Below are positions 30,698 through 31,753 of a stretch of 31,753 nucleotides of DNA, piece by piece. The notes below the pieces were generated by a model. That model made no database searches and had not been told where the DNA came from. It saw only the letters and a list, made by a program, of their open reading frames with translations. Position 1 is the first letter of the stretch. Every line of letters begins with the position of its first letter. This DNA is from an uncultured Conexibacteraceae bacterium (GTDB lineage Bacteria; Actinomycetota; Thermoleophilia; Solirubrobacterales; 70-9). The stretch is taken from contig CAZQET010000376.1 in the NCBI GenBank assembly GCA_964591825.1, positions 1 through 31,753 on the forward strand, read 5' to 3'. Both the position numbers and the translations under genes were made by a program.

Positions 30698-31753
30698 GGA
30701 TGATCGCTCGGGGCGTGCCAGCGATGCGGGGCGAGCAAGAGGTCGGCCGCTTCGGGCCCCCAGGATCCCGGCTCATAACAGTGCAGCGGCGGCGGCTCCC
30801 GCACCACATGGTCAGAGATCTCCCAGAGGCGCTCGATCGCGGCCGAGGTCGTGAACAGCGTGCGGTCGCCGACCATCACGTCGTGGATCAGGCGCTCATA
30901 GGCGTCGAGCGCCTGCTCGGGCCCGCCGAAGCTGTCCGCGTAGCTGAAGCGCATGTGAGCCTGGCCCAGCTGCATCCGCGGACCCGGCACCTTGGCCAGG
31001 AAGGTGGCCGAGATGCTGCCTGGGTCGCCCAGCTCGAAGGTGAGGTGGTCATGGCCGAGCGACTCCGCCACCTGGCTGCAGTCGATCGGGAACATGCGGC
31101 GGGGCGGCTCGGAGAAGGCAACGGTGAGCAGGTGCTTGTTCTCCGCCAGCCGCTTGCCCGAGCGCAGGAAGAAGGGCACCCCCTCCCAGCGCCAGTTGTC
31201 GATGAAGGCGCGCAGCGCGACGAACGTCTCGACCTCCGAGTTGGGCGCCACGCCGCCCTCGTCCCGGTAGCCGCGGTACTGGCCTCGCACCACGTCGTCC
31301 GGCGCCAGGCGATGCATCGATTCGAAGACCTTCTCCCGCTCGACCATCAGCGCTTTGGCGCTGAGCGAGGTCGGTGGCTCCATCGCAACGAAGCTGAGCA
31401 CCTGGAAGAGGTGGGTGACGATCATGTCGCGGAAGGCGCCGGTTTCCTCATAGAAGGAGCCGCGCATCTCGATCGAGAGCGTCTCTGGAATGTCGATCTG
31501 AACGTGATCGATGTGGCTACGGTTCCAGACCGGCTCGAACATGCCGTTGGCGAAGCGCAGGGCGAGGAGGTTCTGGACTGCCTCCCTTCCCAGGTAGTGG
31601 TCGATGCGGAAGATGCAGTGCTCGGCGAAGACCTGGTGCAGCCGGCCGTTCAGCGACCGCGCCGAGGCGAGGTCGGTCCCGAACGGCTTCTCGGTGATCA
31701 CCCGCGCGCCGTCACCGAGCCGGTGCGCGCCGATCTCCTCGACGGTCCCGGCG
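30694..31753 (-). CDS. zwf: Glucose-6-phosphate dehydrogenase, 5'-truncated by the window edge
   Basis: ITEKPFGTDL, RIDHYLG(R)E, EPVWNR..IDHVQI, FYEETGAFRDMIVTH, WRWEGVPFFLRSGKRL, YEPGSWGP; the frame stays open to the window end. Confidence 0.95.
   Translation of the reverse strand, partial: AGTVEEIGAHRLGDGARVITEKPFGTDLASARSLNGRLHQVFAEHCIFRIDHYLGREAVQNLLALRFANGMFEPVWNRSHIDHVQIDIPETLSIEMRGSFYEETGAFRDMIVTHLFQVLSFVAMEPPTSLSAKALMVEREKVFESMHRLAPDDVVRGQYRGYRDEGGVAPNSEVETFVALRAFIDNWRWEGVPFFLRSGKRLAENKHLLTVAFSEPPRRMFPIDCSQVAESLGHDHLTFELGDPGSISATFLAKVPGPRMQLGQAHMRFSYADSFGGPEQALDAYERLIHDVMVGDRTLFTTSAAIERLWEISDHVVREPPPLHCYEPGSWGPEAADLLLAPHRWHAPSDHP

Noticed and set aside
957-30703. Many long alternative-frame and antisense ORFs in the track (e.g. 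957..1871, 3342..5027, 9851..11656, 19034..20983, 26159..28075, 30131..30703)
   Set aside because: They shadow well-supported genes, have Arg/Pro/Gly/Ala-rich composition with no recognisable motifs, and are expected in high-GC DNA.

Overview
High-GC chromosomal window, mostly housekeeping. It is probably Actinomycetota, judging by the pheST-argCJBD gene order, an Rpf-type domain and many apparently leaderless genes; my impression of Thermoleophilia/Solirubrobacterales is unverified. Most genes are on the minus strand: zwf (partial), yjbQ, tRNA-Val(GAC), a 614-aa membrane protein, thrS-infC, rpmI-rplT-TrmH-pheS-pheT-argC-argJ-argB-argD, two hypotheticals, argG, a 51-aa membrane peptide, a coiled-coil/Rpf hydrolase, dnaE, a Cys-rich hypothetical, an acyl-CoA dehydrogenase, gltX, an HDOD-LuxR regulator and rrf2. 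The plus strand carries nfo, wecB and an atypical NarL-type regulator. Two signals stand out. (1) A 726-bp integrase-less mini integrative element carrying only hicAB sits in the last codons of rrf2. It has an 18-bp duplicated core, tandem arm-type-like 10-mers and a shared palindrome at both ends. (2) A 96-bp palindromic repeat occurs three times: twice as an inverted intergenic pair and once in frame (32 codons) inside the membrane-protein gene. Also noted: wecB splits infC from rpmI, the arg operon is remodelled, there is a candidate sRNA next to tRNA-Val, and zwf has a K-to-R change in its RIDHYLGK motif. All protein calls come from motif recognition; no database search was run.
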